DNA of 15,357 bases from an uncultured delta proteobacterium (GTDB lineage: Bacteria; Myxococcota; Myxococcia; Myxococcales; Anaeromyxobacteraceae): NCBI GenBank assembly GCA_963845515.1, contig CAWJSR010000030.1:1-15357 (forward strand), given 5' to 3'. The translations under genes and the position numbers were made by a program. Positions 7,715 through 15,357 of the stretch are shown in pieces (within the stretch, counting starts at the first letter, position 1; each line of letters begins with the position of its first letter). The notes under the pieces are model-generated. The model was not told where the DNA came from. It did not search any database and worked only from the letters and a program-made list of their open reading frames with translations.

Positions 7715-9232
7715 GTGCTGCGTCGCCTAGCCACACGCATCTTCCTCACCTTCGCCGTCGCCCTGGGAGCTTTCGGGGCGGTGGCCGCCTTTGGCGCGCT
7801 GCGGCTGCACGACCTCGGCCGCGAGCTCCGGCTGCTGTCCGGCGGCTACCTCCCGCTTACCCGGGTCGCGGCGCAGCTCGAGATCAAGGAGTGGGCGACT
7901 CCCCGCGCGCTCGAGGCGCGCGCCCTCGACCCGCGCGCGCGCAGGGCCTGGCTCCCGGTGGTGCGCGCGCAGTTCCCCGCCCTGGTGAAGGAGAAGATCG
8001 AGGAGGGGCACCGCTTCGTGCGCGAGGCCAGGCCGCTCGCGGGGGACGAGGACGCGCGCTTCCTCGACGACGTCGCCGCCCGGCTGGGCGGCCTGGCCTC
8101 GCGCTGGTCCGAGTACGACCGCGCCGCCGGCGCCCTCTTCGATGCCCTGGAGGGCGGCGCCGCCGCGGCGGAGGTGGACGCGCGGATCCAGAGCGTCCGC
8201 ACGCTGGAGAAGGGGCTCTCGCTCGACGCGAAGCTCCTGCGCGCTGCGCTGGAGAGCCGGGTGGGCGACCGGTTCGTGGCGGCGGAGCGGGCCGAGGCGC
8301 GGACCGTGGCGCTGATCGCCCTCTGGTCCCTCGTGGCCCTCGCCATCGGCGTGGGGGCCGCGCTCGTCTCGCAGCGGCTGCTGGCGCCGATCCAGCGGCT
8401 CACCGAAGGGGTCAAGGCGGTCGCCGCCGGGGACCTGTCGCGCGAGGTGGAGGTGCGGGGGACTGACGAGCTGGGGGTCCTCGCGCGCGAGTTCAACGCC
8501 ATGGCCGCGTCGCTCGACCGGCAGCAGCGGGAGCTGCGCAACGCGGAGCGGCTCGCCGCCGTCGGCCGGATCTCGGCCCAGATCACCCACGAGATCCGCA
8601 ACCCGCTCAACGCGATCGGGCTCAACGCCGAGCTCCTCTCCGAGGAGCTGGCACGTCTCTCCCCCCTCCTCGCGAGGCGCAGCAGCTCGTGGCGGCGATC
8701 TCGCGCGAGGCGGACCGCCTCGAGGGGGTCGCCGAGGAGTACCTCAAGTTCGCGCGCCTCCCGCGCGCCTCGCCCGTCGGCGCTCGACCTCGACGAGCTG
8801 GTGGGGAGCCTCCTCGACTTCCTCGGTCCGGAGCTCGCCGCGGCGAAGGTGGCGGTGGTCCGCGACCTCGCGCCGGGGCTCGCGCCGGTGAACGGCGACG
8901 AGGCCCAGCTCCGCGCGGTGGTACACAACCTGGTCCGGAACAGCCGGGAGGCGATGCCCGGGGGCGGGACGCTCACGGTCCGGACGCGGCAGGCCAACGG
9001 GGGGGCGGACCTCATCGTGGCTGACACGGGCGGGGGGATGCCCCCCGAGGTGCTGGCCCGCGTCTTCGAGCCCTTCTACACGACCAAGGAGCGCGGCACT
9101 GGCCTCGGACTCGCTTACGCGCGCCGGGTCGTAGCCGAGCACGGCGGGACCATCCAATGCGAGAGCAGCCCAGGACGCGGCACCGTCTTCACCCTGCACT
9201 TTCCGTCGGGACCGCCGGCGCCCCGGACATGA
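7715..9232 (+). CDS. Membrane sensor histidine kinase (TM-periplasmic-TM-HAMP-HisKA-HATPase), ~505 aa; two compensating indels at ~8661-8666 and ~8779
   Basis: Two TM segments, HAMP (PIQRL...DELGVLAREFNAM), H-box THEIRNPL, N-box NLVRNSREAM, DTGGG, FEPFYTTKERGTGLGL. The missing DHp helix (REAQQLVAAISREADRLEGVAEEYLKFAR) lies in an alternative frame. GTG 7715 is preceded by TGcTATGTT (7695-7703). The start is uncertain. Confidence 0.9.
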   Translation: MLRRLATRIFLTFAVALGAFGAVAAFGALRLHDLGRELRLLSGGYLPLTRVAAQLEIKEWATPRALEARALDPRARRAWLPVVRAQFPALVKEKIEEGHRFVREARPLAGDEDARFLDDVAARLGGLASRWSEYDRAAGALFDALEGGAAAAEVDARIQSVRTLEKGLSLDAKLLRAALESRVGDRFVAAERAEARTVALIALWSLVALAIGVGAALVSQRLLAPIQRLTEGVKAVAAGDLSREVEVRGTDELGVLAREFNAMAASLDRQQRELRNAERLAAVGRISAQITHEIRNPLNAIGLNAELLSEELARLSPLLARRSSSWRRSRARRTASRGSPRSTSSSRASRAPRPSALDLDELVGSLLDFLGPELAAAKVAVVRDLAPGLAPVNGDEAQLRAVVHNLVRNSREAMPGGGTLTVRTRQANGGADLIVADTGGGMPPEVLARVFEPFYTTKERGTGLGLAYARRVVAEHGGTIQCESSPGRGTVFTLHFPSGPPAPRT

Positions 9233-10536
9233 GCGCAGTCGGCTTCGGAGACGCGGAGCGCGCGCGGCTACCGAACGGAGTCCGCATCCTCACGGTCCCC
9301 GCCCCGGCGCTCCGGACCGCGATGATCGCGGTCTACGTCCGCGCCGGCTCCCGCCACGAGCTGCGGGCGGTGAACGGCGTCTCGCACTTCCTCGAGCACC
9401 TCTTCTTCCGGGGCTCGGAGGGCTACCCCGACAGCAACGCGCTCAACGCGCTGGTGGAGGGGGTCGGCGGGAGCCTCAACGGCCTCACCGCGCGCGACCA
9501 CGGCTGCTACTTCACGCCGATCCACCCGGACAGCGTCGGCACCGGGCTCGCCATCCTGGGCGATCTCCTCCGCCGCCCGCTGCTCCGCGAGATCGGGATC
9601 GAGCGCCAGGTGATCCTCGCCGAGATCCTCGACGAGGTGGACGTCGACGGGCGCGACATCGACCCCGACAACATCGCCAAGCGGCTCATCTTCCGGAGCC
9701 ACCCGCTCGGCTTCAAGATCGCCGGGACACGCACCGGCGTGCGGCGGCTGCGCGAGCGCGACTTCCGCGACCACCACGCGCGCTGCTACACCGGCGCCAA
9801 CCTGGTCGTCGCGGTGGCCGGCCCCGTCAGGCCGGCCGAGGTGAACGCGCTCGTCGAAGAGCACTTCGGCCGGTTTCCGAAGGGGCGCCCCACCACCGAG
9901 GCGCCGCCGCCGCGCTGGCCCGCTTGCCCTGCGGTCGAGTGGATCGACCACGACGACGCCCAGATCGAGCTGGAGCTCTGCTTCCCCTGCCCGCCGGAGC
10001 GGGATCCCGACTTCCCGGTGCACCTCTGCCTGCGCCGCATCCTCGACGACGGCCTCTCGTCCCGCCTCCCATTCGAGGTGGTCGAGCGGCGCGGGCTCGC
10101 CTACGCCCTCCACTCCAGCATCGACACCTTCGCCGACGCCGGGCTCCACGTCATCGACGGCGCCTGCGACCCGTCCAAGGCGCGGCGCACGCTCGCCGAG
10201 ATCCTCAGCGTCCTCGGCAAGCTCGGGGCCGAGCCGGTGCCCGAGGAGGAGCTGCTCCGCGCGCAGCGTCGCCACCGGATCCAGCTCGAGTTCTCGCTCG
10301 ACAGCGCCGCCGACCTCGTCGGCTGGTGGGGCACGGGCGAGGTGGTCGCCGGCCCCGAGCGGTTCGAGGATCGCTGCCGGCGGGTCGAGGCGGTGACGAC
10401 CGCCGACGTGCAGCGCGTGGCGCTGAAGACCTTCCGGCGCTCGCAGCTCGTGGCGGTGCTGGTCGGGTCGGCGCCGAAGCGCGAGCGCGCTGCGCTGGAG
10501 AAGCTCCTGGCCGCTGCCGAGGCGCTGCCCGCCTAA
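9229..10536 (+). CDS. M16B (pitrilysin/MPP-like) zinc peptidase, 435 aa (start ATG 9229)
   Basis: LPNGVRI, YVRAGSRHE, inverted zincin HFLEH, distal ERQVILAE, SSRLPFEVVERRGLAY. ATGA overlap with the kinase stop. Confidence 0.93.
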   Translation: MSAVGFGDAERARLPNGVRILTVPAPALRTAMIAVYVRAGSRHELRAVNGVSHFLEHLFFRGSEGYPDSNALNALVEGVGGSLNGLTARDHGCYFTPIHPDSVGTGLAILGDLLRRPLLREIGIERQVILAEILDEVDVDGRDIDPDNIAKRLIFRSHPLGFKIAGTRTGVRRLRERDFRDHHARCYTGANLVVAVAGPVRPAEVNALVEEHFGRFPKGRPTTEAPPPRWPACPAVEWIDHDDAQIELELCFPCPPERDPDFPVHLCLRRILDDGLSSRLPFEVVERRGLAYALHSSIDTFADAGLHVIDGACDPSKARRTLAEILSVLGKLGAEPVPEEELLRAQRRHRIQLEFSLDSAADLVGWWGTGEVVAGPERFEDRCRRVEAVTTADVQRVALKTFRRSQLVAVLVGSAPKRERAALEKLLAAAEALPA

Positions 10537-11996
10537 TAGGCCCGTGCCCGGGCGCCGGCGCCGGCCAGCAGCGCGCGCAGCCCCTCGGCTGGGTCGCTCC
10601 CCTCGAAGGCGAAGCCGGCCGGCGCCGCCCGGAGCAGCTCAGGGGTCCGCTCGTCGGACGGTCCGCAGACCACCACGGGGAGCTTGAGGGTGCGCGCCAG
10701 CTCCACCAGGAGCGGGTCGACCCCGTCGGCAGGGAGCAGCACCAGCGCCCCGACGGCCCCCGCCGCGAACGGGCGCCATAGCGGCAGGTACGTGGGCTCG
10801 CCGGGGAGGCCGACCAGGTCCACGCGCACGCCGTCACCCAGGGTGAGGCGTCCGACCGTCCCGAACCCGGTCGCGTCGGCGCTCTCCACGACGGCGAAGC
10901 CCGGGATGGTGCAGAACCGGCTCAGGGCGGCCCTGCGCGCGAGCGGCCCGCCACCGGCGACGACCACCTTCCCGACCGTCTGCGTGCCGCTCGACCTGCC
11001 GCGCGAGATCCGGGCGCGCAGGGCGTGGAGCTCGTGCGGCGCGAGGAGCGGCGCCGCCTCGGCGGGGACGGCCTGGCCGGCGCGCTGACGGACGAAGCCG
11101 TGGTCCAGGAGGGCCTTCACGGCGCGCATCGCCTCGAGGTCGGAGCCGTGGCAGCGATCGATCAGCTCCGCGAACGAGCGCGGGGTCTCGAGGTTCGCCA
11201 CGACCTCCTCGGTGACCGGGTGGAGCCCGGGCGGCAGCTCCGAGGGGTGCACGGCCCGCTCGAGCACGTCGGTCGCCACAGGGAGGTCGGGCAGCAGCCG
11301 GGCGAGCTCGTCCGCCTGGCGGAGCCCCTCCAGGACCAGCTCCTCGACCTTCCGCTCGATGCGCGCCTCGACCTCTGCGCCGCCCGGGATGAAGGCGAAC
11401 TGACCCTCGCGCCGCGTGAGCAGGCGCCAGAGCGCCTTCTCGCCGGTCACCGCCCCCATCTGCGCGTCGACGACCCGCCCCTCCTTCAGCGCGATCTCCG
11501 CCTTCTCGCCCTCGCGCTCCACCGAGAGCCGGCCGGTCTTCCGGTTGACGGCCAGGATCTGCAGCAGGTCGACGAGCGGGATCTGCGCGAGGTTCCCCTC
11601 GATCTCCCGGTTGTCCCCCGAGACGGCGCGCGAGGCCTCCGCGCGCCGGAAGACCTGCTCGATCCGCGCCAGCACCTCGTCGAGGTTGAAGGGCTTCTTC
11701 AGGTAGCTGCCCAGCCGCGAGCGGTCCGCGTCCATCGCCTCGCCGGTGAGGATCACCGGGATCCGCTCGGTGCGCGGGTTGGTCCGCAGGATCCGGACGA
11801 ACGTGCGCGCGTCGAGGAGCTCGCACTGCTCGTCGAAGAGGATCAGGTCGGGGAAGCGGAGGATCGCCACCTGCAGCGCCCGCGAGCCGTCGCGCGCGGC
11901 GTGGACCTGGTAGCCGCGCTGCCGCAGCGCCGGCGCGAGGACGCGGGCCGTGGTCGGGTCCGGGTCGGCGACGAGTATCTTTCGAACTGGCGGCAT
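10533..11996 (-). CDS. Response regulator: REC + DUF4388 + degenerate small-GTPase-like C-terminal domain, 487 aa
   Basis: REC (ILVADPD, PDLILFD, ILTG, KKPF), DUF4388 (IEGNLAQIPLVDLLQIL...KTGRL...GRVVDA...GQFAF), and C-terminal KVVVAGG...GRLTLGDG...LVGLPGE...W...GAVGALVL. The stop overlaps the peptidase stop (CTAA). Confidence 0.85.
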   Translation of the reverse strand: MPPVRKILVADPDPTTARVLAPALRQRGYQVHAARDGSRALQVAILRFPDLILFDEQCELLDARTFVRILRTNPRTERIPVILTGEAMDADRSRLGSYLKKPFNLDEVLARIEQVFRRAEASRAVSGDNREIEGNLAQIPLVDLLQILAVNRKTGRLSVEREGEKAEIALKEGRVVDAQMGAVTGEKALWRLLTRREGQFAFIPGGAEVEARIERKVEELVLEGLRQADELARLLPDLPVATDVLERAVHPSELPPGLHPVTEEVVANLETPRSFAELIDRCHGSDLEAMRAVKALLDHGFVRQRAGQAVPAEAAPLLAPHELHALRARISRGRSSGTQTVGKVVVAGGGPLARRAALSRFCTIPGFAVVESADATGFGTVGRLTLGDGVRVDLVGLPGEPTYLPLWRPFAAGAVGALVLLPADGVDPLLVELARTLKLPVVVCGPSDERTPELLRAAPAGFAFEGSDPAEGLRALLAGAGARARAY

Positions 11997-12014
11997 GGGA
12001 GGGGGGCGGTGGGC

Positions 12015-13883
12015 CTAGATGGGCTGGAGGTCGTAGAGCGCCTGGAGCTTCGAGACGAGCGCGTCGACGAGCGGGACGTCCGACGTGTGGAAGACCCGCT
12101 CTCCCGGGCGCTGGATGATCCCGTAGGCGGAGTGCTCCGAGATGAAGAGCAGGAAGTCGTGCCCGACCATCCGCTTGTCGCCGTCGAGGTAGACCTCGGT
12201 GATGAGCGGGTGCGGCGCCGCGGGGCGGCCCTCGCCGCGCGGCCCGAGCAGGTAGACGTGGATCGACGCGTCGCCCGAGCGCGCGGCCACCTCGCCGGGC
12301 GGGAGGCCGTCGCGGATCGCGGCCGCGGCCACTCCCCCGCTCGCTCCCACGTAGAGCAGGCCGCGGGCGCGGGGGTCCCGCGCCACCTCGCGGGCCGCCT
12401 CGCGCTGCGCGGCGGCGAAGAACTCCGGATCGAAGTCGAGGCGCGTCGACGGTGACGAATCGGGGATGCGGGCCTGCTCCGACAGGAGCAGGTCGCACAG
12501 CTCCCAGAAGGCCGCGGGATCGACGTCGCCGAGGTGGAGCCTACGGAGCAGCGAGCCGCGCTGCTCTCCGACCCGTGCGCGCGCCCAGTGGAGCAGCTCG
12601 TCGAAGTCCTCCCCGTCCTTCGGGAAGGTGGCCGCCCCCATCGAGAGCAGGAGCGGGCACCGCTCCTCGATCCGCCGGATCGACTCCTCCTTGCGGATCT
12701 CCTCGTTGGCGCGACGGATGAACATGAGCGCGCCGAAGTAGTCGGTCTCCGGGAGCAGGACGTAGTACTCGCTCTCCGAGACCTTCGCGAGGATGTCGGC
12801 GTCGCGCGCCACGCGCCCGACCGCGTTGACGAGGTCGCGTCCGGAGCGGCGCAGCAGCTCGCGCCCCGCCTCCTTGCGGATCTGCTCGAGGTTGTCGACC
12901 GAGAGGACGACCAGCGAGAAGGCCCGGCCGTAGCGGCGCGCCTTGTAGAACTCCTTCCCGGCGTAGTCGACGAAGTAGGCGAGGTTGTACGCGCCGCTGT
13001 CGCGGTCGCGCAGCCCCACCCTCTCCAGCGCCTGGAACCGGCGAGCGTTCTTCACGCCGATGGCGGCGAAGTCGGCGACCGCGCCCGCGGCCGCGTGCTC
13101 CTCGGGGCCGAACCGGCCGCGCGCGCGATGGGTCACGAGCGCGAGCCCGACCGGCTCCTCGTCCGCCACGAGCGGCGCGAAGAAGGCCTCGCCCTCCTGC
13201 TGGCCGGGGCGCTGGAACGGCAGCGCCGCCCGCATGGGCTCCGCCCACTCCGGGTCGCGCGGATCGATGGCCGCCGGCAGCGCCTCGCGCTCGACGAGCC
13301 CGCGCCAGCCGCGCAGCTGGAGGGTCCCGCGGTCGTCGGCGATCCAGAGGGCGCCCCCCTGCGCGTCGGTCACCCGCCCGAAGATCTGGAGCGAGAGGTC
13401 CTGCAGCCGCTCGAGGTCGAGCGTCGCGATGAGCTGGAGCCCCTGGCGGAAGAGCGTCTGGGCCTTGATGAACTGGAGGTTCTCGCTGAGCAGCTGCGAG
13501 TGCTCGCGCTTGAGCCGGACGCGGGAGAGGGCGCGCTCGACCACCTGCAGCAGCTCGTCGCGATCGGCCGGCTTCGTCAGGAAGTCGGCGCAGCCGGCCT
13601 TCATCGCCCCCACCGCCAGCCGGACGTCCTCGTGGCCGGTGACGGCGATCGCCTCCATGTCCGGGTCGCGCTTCTTCGCCTCGCGGACCAGCGTGACGCC
13701 GTCGATCCCCGGCATGACCACGTCCGTGACGAGCACGTCGAAGCTCTCCTCCGCGAGCGCGGCGAGCGCCGCCTCGCCGGAGTCGACCGTCCGGACGAGG
13801 TGTCCGGCGCCGGCCAGGATCTCCACGAGGATCTCCCGGAAGAAGCGCTCGTCGTCGACCGCGAGGATCCGCCCGGCCGCCAT
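12015..13883 (-). CDS. REC-GAF-like-degenerate GGDEF protein with extra C-terminal domain, 622 aa (start ATG 13883, not 14684)
   Basis: Canonical REC (AVDDE, VTDVVMPG, VTG, FLTKP), GAF-like middle, DRDSGAYN, RDAD-ILAKV-SESEY in place of RxxD-x5-GGDEF, SMGAATFPKDG. TGATG overlap with the dapF stop. Confidence 0.88.
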   Translation of the reverse strand: MAAGRILAVDDERFFREILVEILAGAGHLVRTVDSGEAALAALAEESFDVLVTDVVMPGIDGVTLVREAKKRDPDMEAIAVTGHEDVRLAVGAMKAGCADFLTKPADRDELLQVVERALSRVRLKREHSQLLSENLQFIKAQTLFRQGLQLIATLDLERLQDLSLQIFGRVTDAQGGALWIADDRGTLQLRGWRGLVEREALPAAIDPRDPEWAEPMRAALPFQRPGQQEGEAFFAPLVADEEPVGLALVTHRARGRFGPEEHAAAGAVADFAAIGVKNARRFQALERVGLRDRDSGAYNLAYFVDYAGKEFYKARRYGRAFSLVVLSVDNLEQIRKEAGRELLRRSGRDLVNAVGRVARDADILAKVSESEYYVLLPETDYFGALMFIRRANEEIRKEESIRRIEERCPLLLSMGAATFPKDGEDFDELLHWARARVGEQRGSLLRRLHLGDVDPAAFWELCDLLLSEQARIPDSSPSTRLDFDPEFFAAAQREAAREVARDPRARGLLYVGASGGVAAAAIRDGLPPGEVAARSGDASIHVYLLGPRGEGRPAAPHPLITEVYLDGDKRMVGHDFLLFISEHSAYGIIQRPGERVFHTSDVPLVDALVSKLQALYDLQPI

Positions 13884-14671
13884 CAGAGGTCCACCGTCCC
13901 GTCGAAGACGTGCTCGGCCGCCCCGCGCATCGTGACGCCGACCAGGTCGGCGGCGACCGTGACCACGAGCGCCCCACCCGGCAGCCGCACCTCGATCGGC
14001 AGTCCGGCCGTCGCCGAGCCGCTCCGGACGGCGGCGACCGCGGCCGCGCAGGCCCCGGTCCCGCAGGCGTCGGTGAGCCCCGCGCCACGCTCCCAGACGA
14101 CGAGATCGATGCCGGAGCCACCCGGGCGCGCGAAGCCGACGTTGACGCCGCCAGGGACCAGCGCCTCGATCCCCGGCCCCACCGCGCGGGCCCGCTCGCG
14201 CGTCGGGAGGTCGAAGAGGACCACGTGCGGATTCCCCATGTTCACCCTGACGCCGTGGAGCCGCTCGCCCCCTACCTCGAAGTCCTGCTCCCCCTCGACC
14301 CGCGCCGGCCCCATCTCCACGGAGACCGCCTCCACGTCGCCGCCCGCGCCGCGGTGGAGCGCGCAGCGCTTCGGCCCCGCGCCGGTGTCGATGATCAGCG
14401 CGTCCGGAGCGCCCCGGGTCGCAGCGAGGTGCTTCGCGAGGCACCGGACGGCGTTGCCGCACATCTCGGCGACCGAGCCATCCGAGTTGTAGATGTGCAT
14501 CGTCGCCACGGCACCCGGGGTGCGCGGAGGCAGGATGGTCACCACGCCGTCGGCGCCGACGCCCCGGTGCCGGTCGCAGATGCGACGAGCACGGGCGGCG
14601 TCCATCAGGGAGCCGTCCACCAGGACGAAGTCGTTTCCCAGGCCGTGGTACTTGGCGAAGCTGAGCGTCAC
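13883..14671 (-). CDS. dapF: Diaminopimelate epimerase, 262 aa
   Basis: FAKYHGLGNDF, GVGADG, YNSDGSVAEMCGN, MGNPH, ERGAGLTDACGTG. Both catalytic Cys are present. Confidence 0.97.
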   Translation of the reverse strand: MTLSFAKYHGLGNDFVLVDGSLMDAARARRICDRHRGVGADGVVTILPPRTPGAVATMHIYNSDGSVAEMCGNAVRCLAKHLAATRGAPDALIIDTGAGPKRCALHRGAGGDVEAVSVEMGPARVEGEQDFEVGGERLHGVRVNMGNPHVVLFDLPTRERARAVGPGIEALVPGGVNVGFARPGGSGIDLVVWERGAGLTDACGTGACAAAVAAVRSGSATAGLPIEVRLPGGALVVTVAADLVGVTMRGAAEHVFDGTVDL

Positions 14672-14679
14672 GCTGGCGC

Positions 14680-14707
14680 ATCATACAGCAGGGTCCCCCC
14701 GCGTGAA
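14680..14707 (-). promoter_or_regulatory. Candidate sigma70 promoter of the dapF operon, near-leaderless
   Basis: TTCACG, 16-nt spacer, TATGAT, ending 8 nt before GTG 14671. No SD. Confidence 0.55.
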
Positions 14708-14714
14708 CCTACAT

Positions 14715-14730
14715 CGTGACCGGAGTCACA
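14715..14730. promoter_or_regulatory. CRP/FNR-family-type palindrome
   Basis: CGTGA-CCGGAG-TCACA is a 9/10 match to TGTGA-N6-TCACA, in the divergent dapF/lipoprotein spacer. Confidence 0.5.
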
Positions 14731-14854
14731 CGCCGGAGGCCGCTGGGCTTTTTTCCTCCCCCGCTTGCTGTCACCCTTTCCATTCCCGGGTGGGCGCAGT
14801 GTCCATCTACTCGAGCGGACCGGAATCGACCGGCCGCCTTCACCGAGGCTACCG

Positions 14855-15357
14855 ATGAAGAAGCTCGCGTCCATCCTCGCCGCCGCCCTCTCCCTGGCCG
14901 CCTGCCAGCCCGCCGAGGACCCTGCCGATCAGTACCGGAAGGCACTCCCCACCTCCGAGACGCTCGCGATCGCCGCTCCCGAGGCGGATGACTCCGGCAC
15001 GGCGCTCCGGACCGGGCTCACCAGCCGCGCCATCACGGCCACCGGGAAGTCCGAGTTCGCGGCCGCCTCGTACTCCTTCGCCTTCGGCGTCAACTCCGGC
15101 GTCGCGGGCATGCTCTGGCTCATCCACTCGATCACCTGGTGGCCGGCGACGAGCTGCGACGACGACTCCTGCACCTGGGGCCCGGGCTCGAACGCCGCCG
15201 ATCTGAACGTCTTCAAGCTGGTGGTCACGCGGAGCGGCGATCGGTTCGACTACGTCCTCTCGGCCGCGCGCAAGGACACGGGCGGCACAGCCTTCCTCCC
15301 CATCGTGCAGGGCTACGCGAACCGGGGTGCGTTCGCGCACCGCGGCGACGGCCAGTT
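14855..15357 (+). CDS. Lipoprotein of unknown function (3'-truncated; not in the ORF track)
   Basis: Manual translation MKKLASILAAALSLAA-CQPAEDPADQYRKALP...SCDDDSCTWGPG... is open to the window end. Lipobox LAAC, GAGG SD 6 nt upstream, GC-rich third positions. Confidence 0.88.
   Translation, partial: MKKLASILAAALSLAACQPAEDPADQYRKALPTSETLAIAAPEADDSGTALRTGLTSRAITATGKSEFAAASYSFAFGVNSGVAGMLWLIHSITWWPATSCDDDSCTWGPGSNAADLNVFKLVVTRSGDRFDYVLSAARKDTGGTAFLPIVQGYANRGAFAHRGDGQ

Noticed and set aside
13884..14684. N-terminal extension of the 889-aa ORF suggesting a larger protein
   Set aside because: It is an R/G-rich off-frame reading of dapF. The real protein starts at MAAGRILAVDD (13883).
14769..14805. 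ECF41-like promoter TGTCAC...GTC upstream of the lipoprotein
   Set aside because: The spacing of ~24 nt is too long for the ~16-nt consensus.
122..15340. Many long overlapping ORFs (e.g. 4962..6278, 7846..9027, 10834..12498, 12534..14492, 14849..15340)
   Set aside because: R/P/A/G-rich or antisense shadows expected at very high GC. They have no motifs and overlap well-supported genes.
1..15357. CRISPR array, tRNA/rRNA, transposase, ARG box
   Set aside because: None recognisable by eye. The arg operon promoter lies outside the window.

Overview
Very GC-rich bacterial chromosomal window. Codon style and gene content suggest a myxobacterium such as Anaeromyxobacter; this is inferred, not searched. 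Gene order: 3' end of argB, argR, a HemY-like FAD oxidoreductase (-), a beta-hydroxyacid dehydrogenase with a histone-H1-like tail (+), a single-domain receiver (-), a coupled PafB/PafC-type WYL pair (-), a DUF1054/YktB protein (+), a ~140-bp imperfect hairpin element, a membrane-anchored coiled-coil protein (-), a HAMP sensor kinase coupled to an M16 peptidase (+), a convergent operon dapF -> REC/GAF/degenerate GGDEF -> REC/DUF4388/degenerate small GTPase (-), and the start of a lipoprotein missing from the ORF track (+). About six apparent single-base indels suggest unpolished long-read sequence, so several ORF-track translations are partly wrong. The best leads are the two pseudo-enzyme signalling genes behind dapF, the PafBC-like pair with no adjacent pafA/pup, and the MITE/REP-like hairpin. 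No rRNA, tRNA, CRISPR array or transposase was seen.
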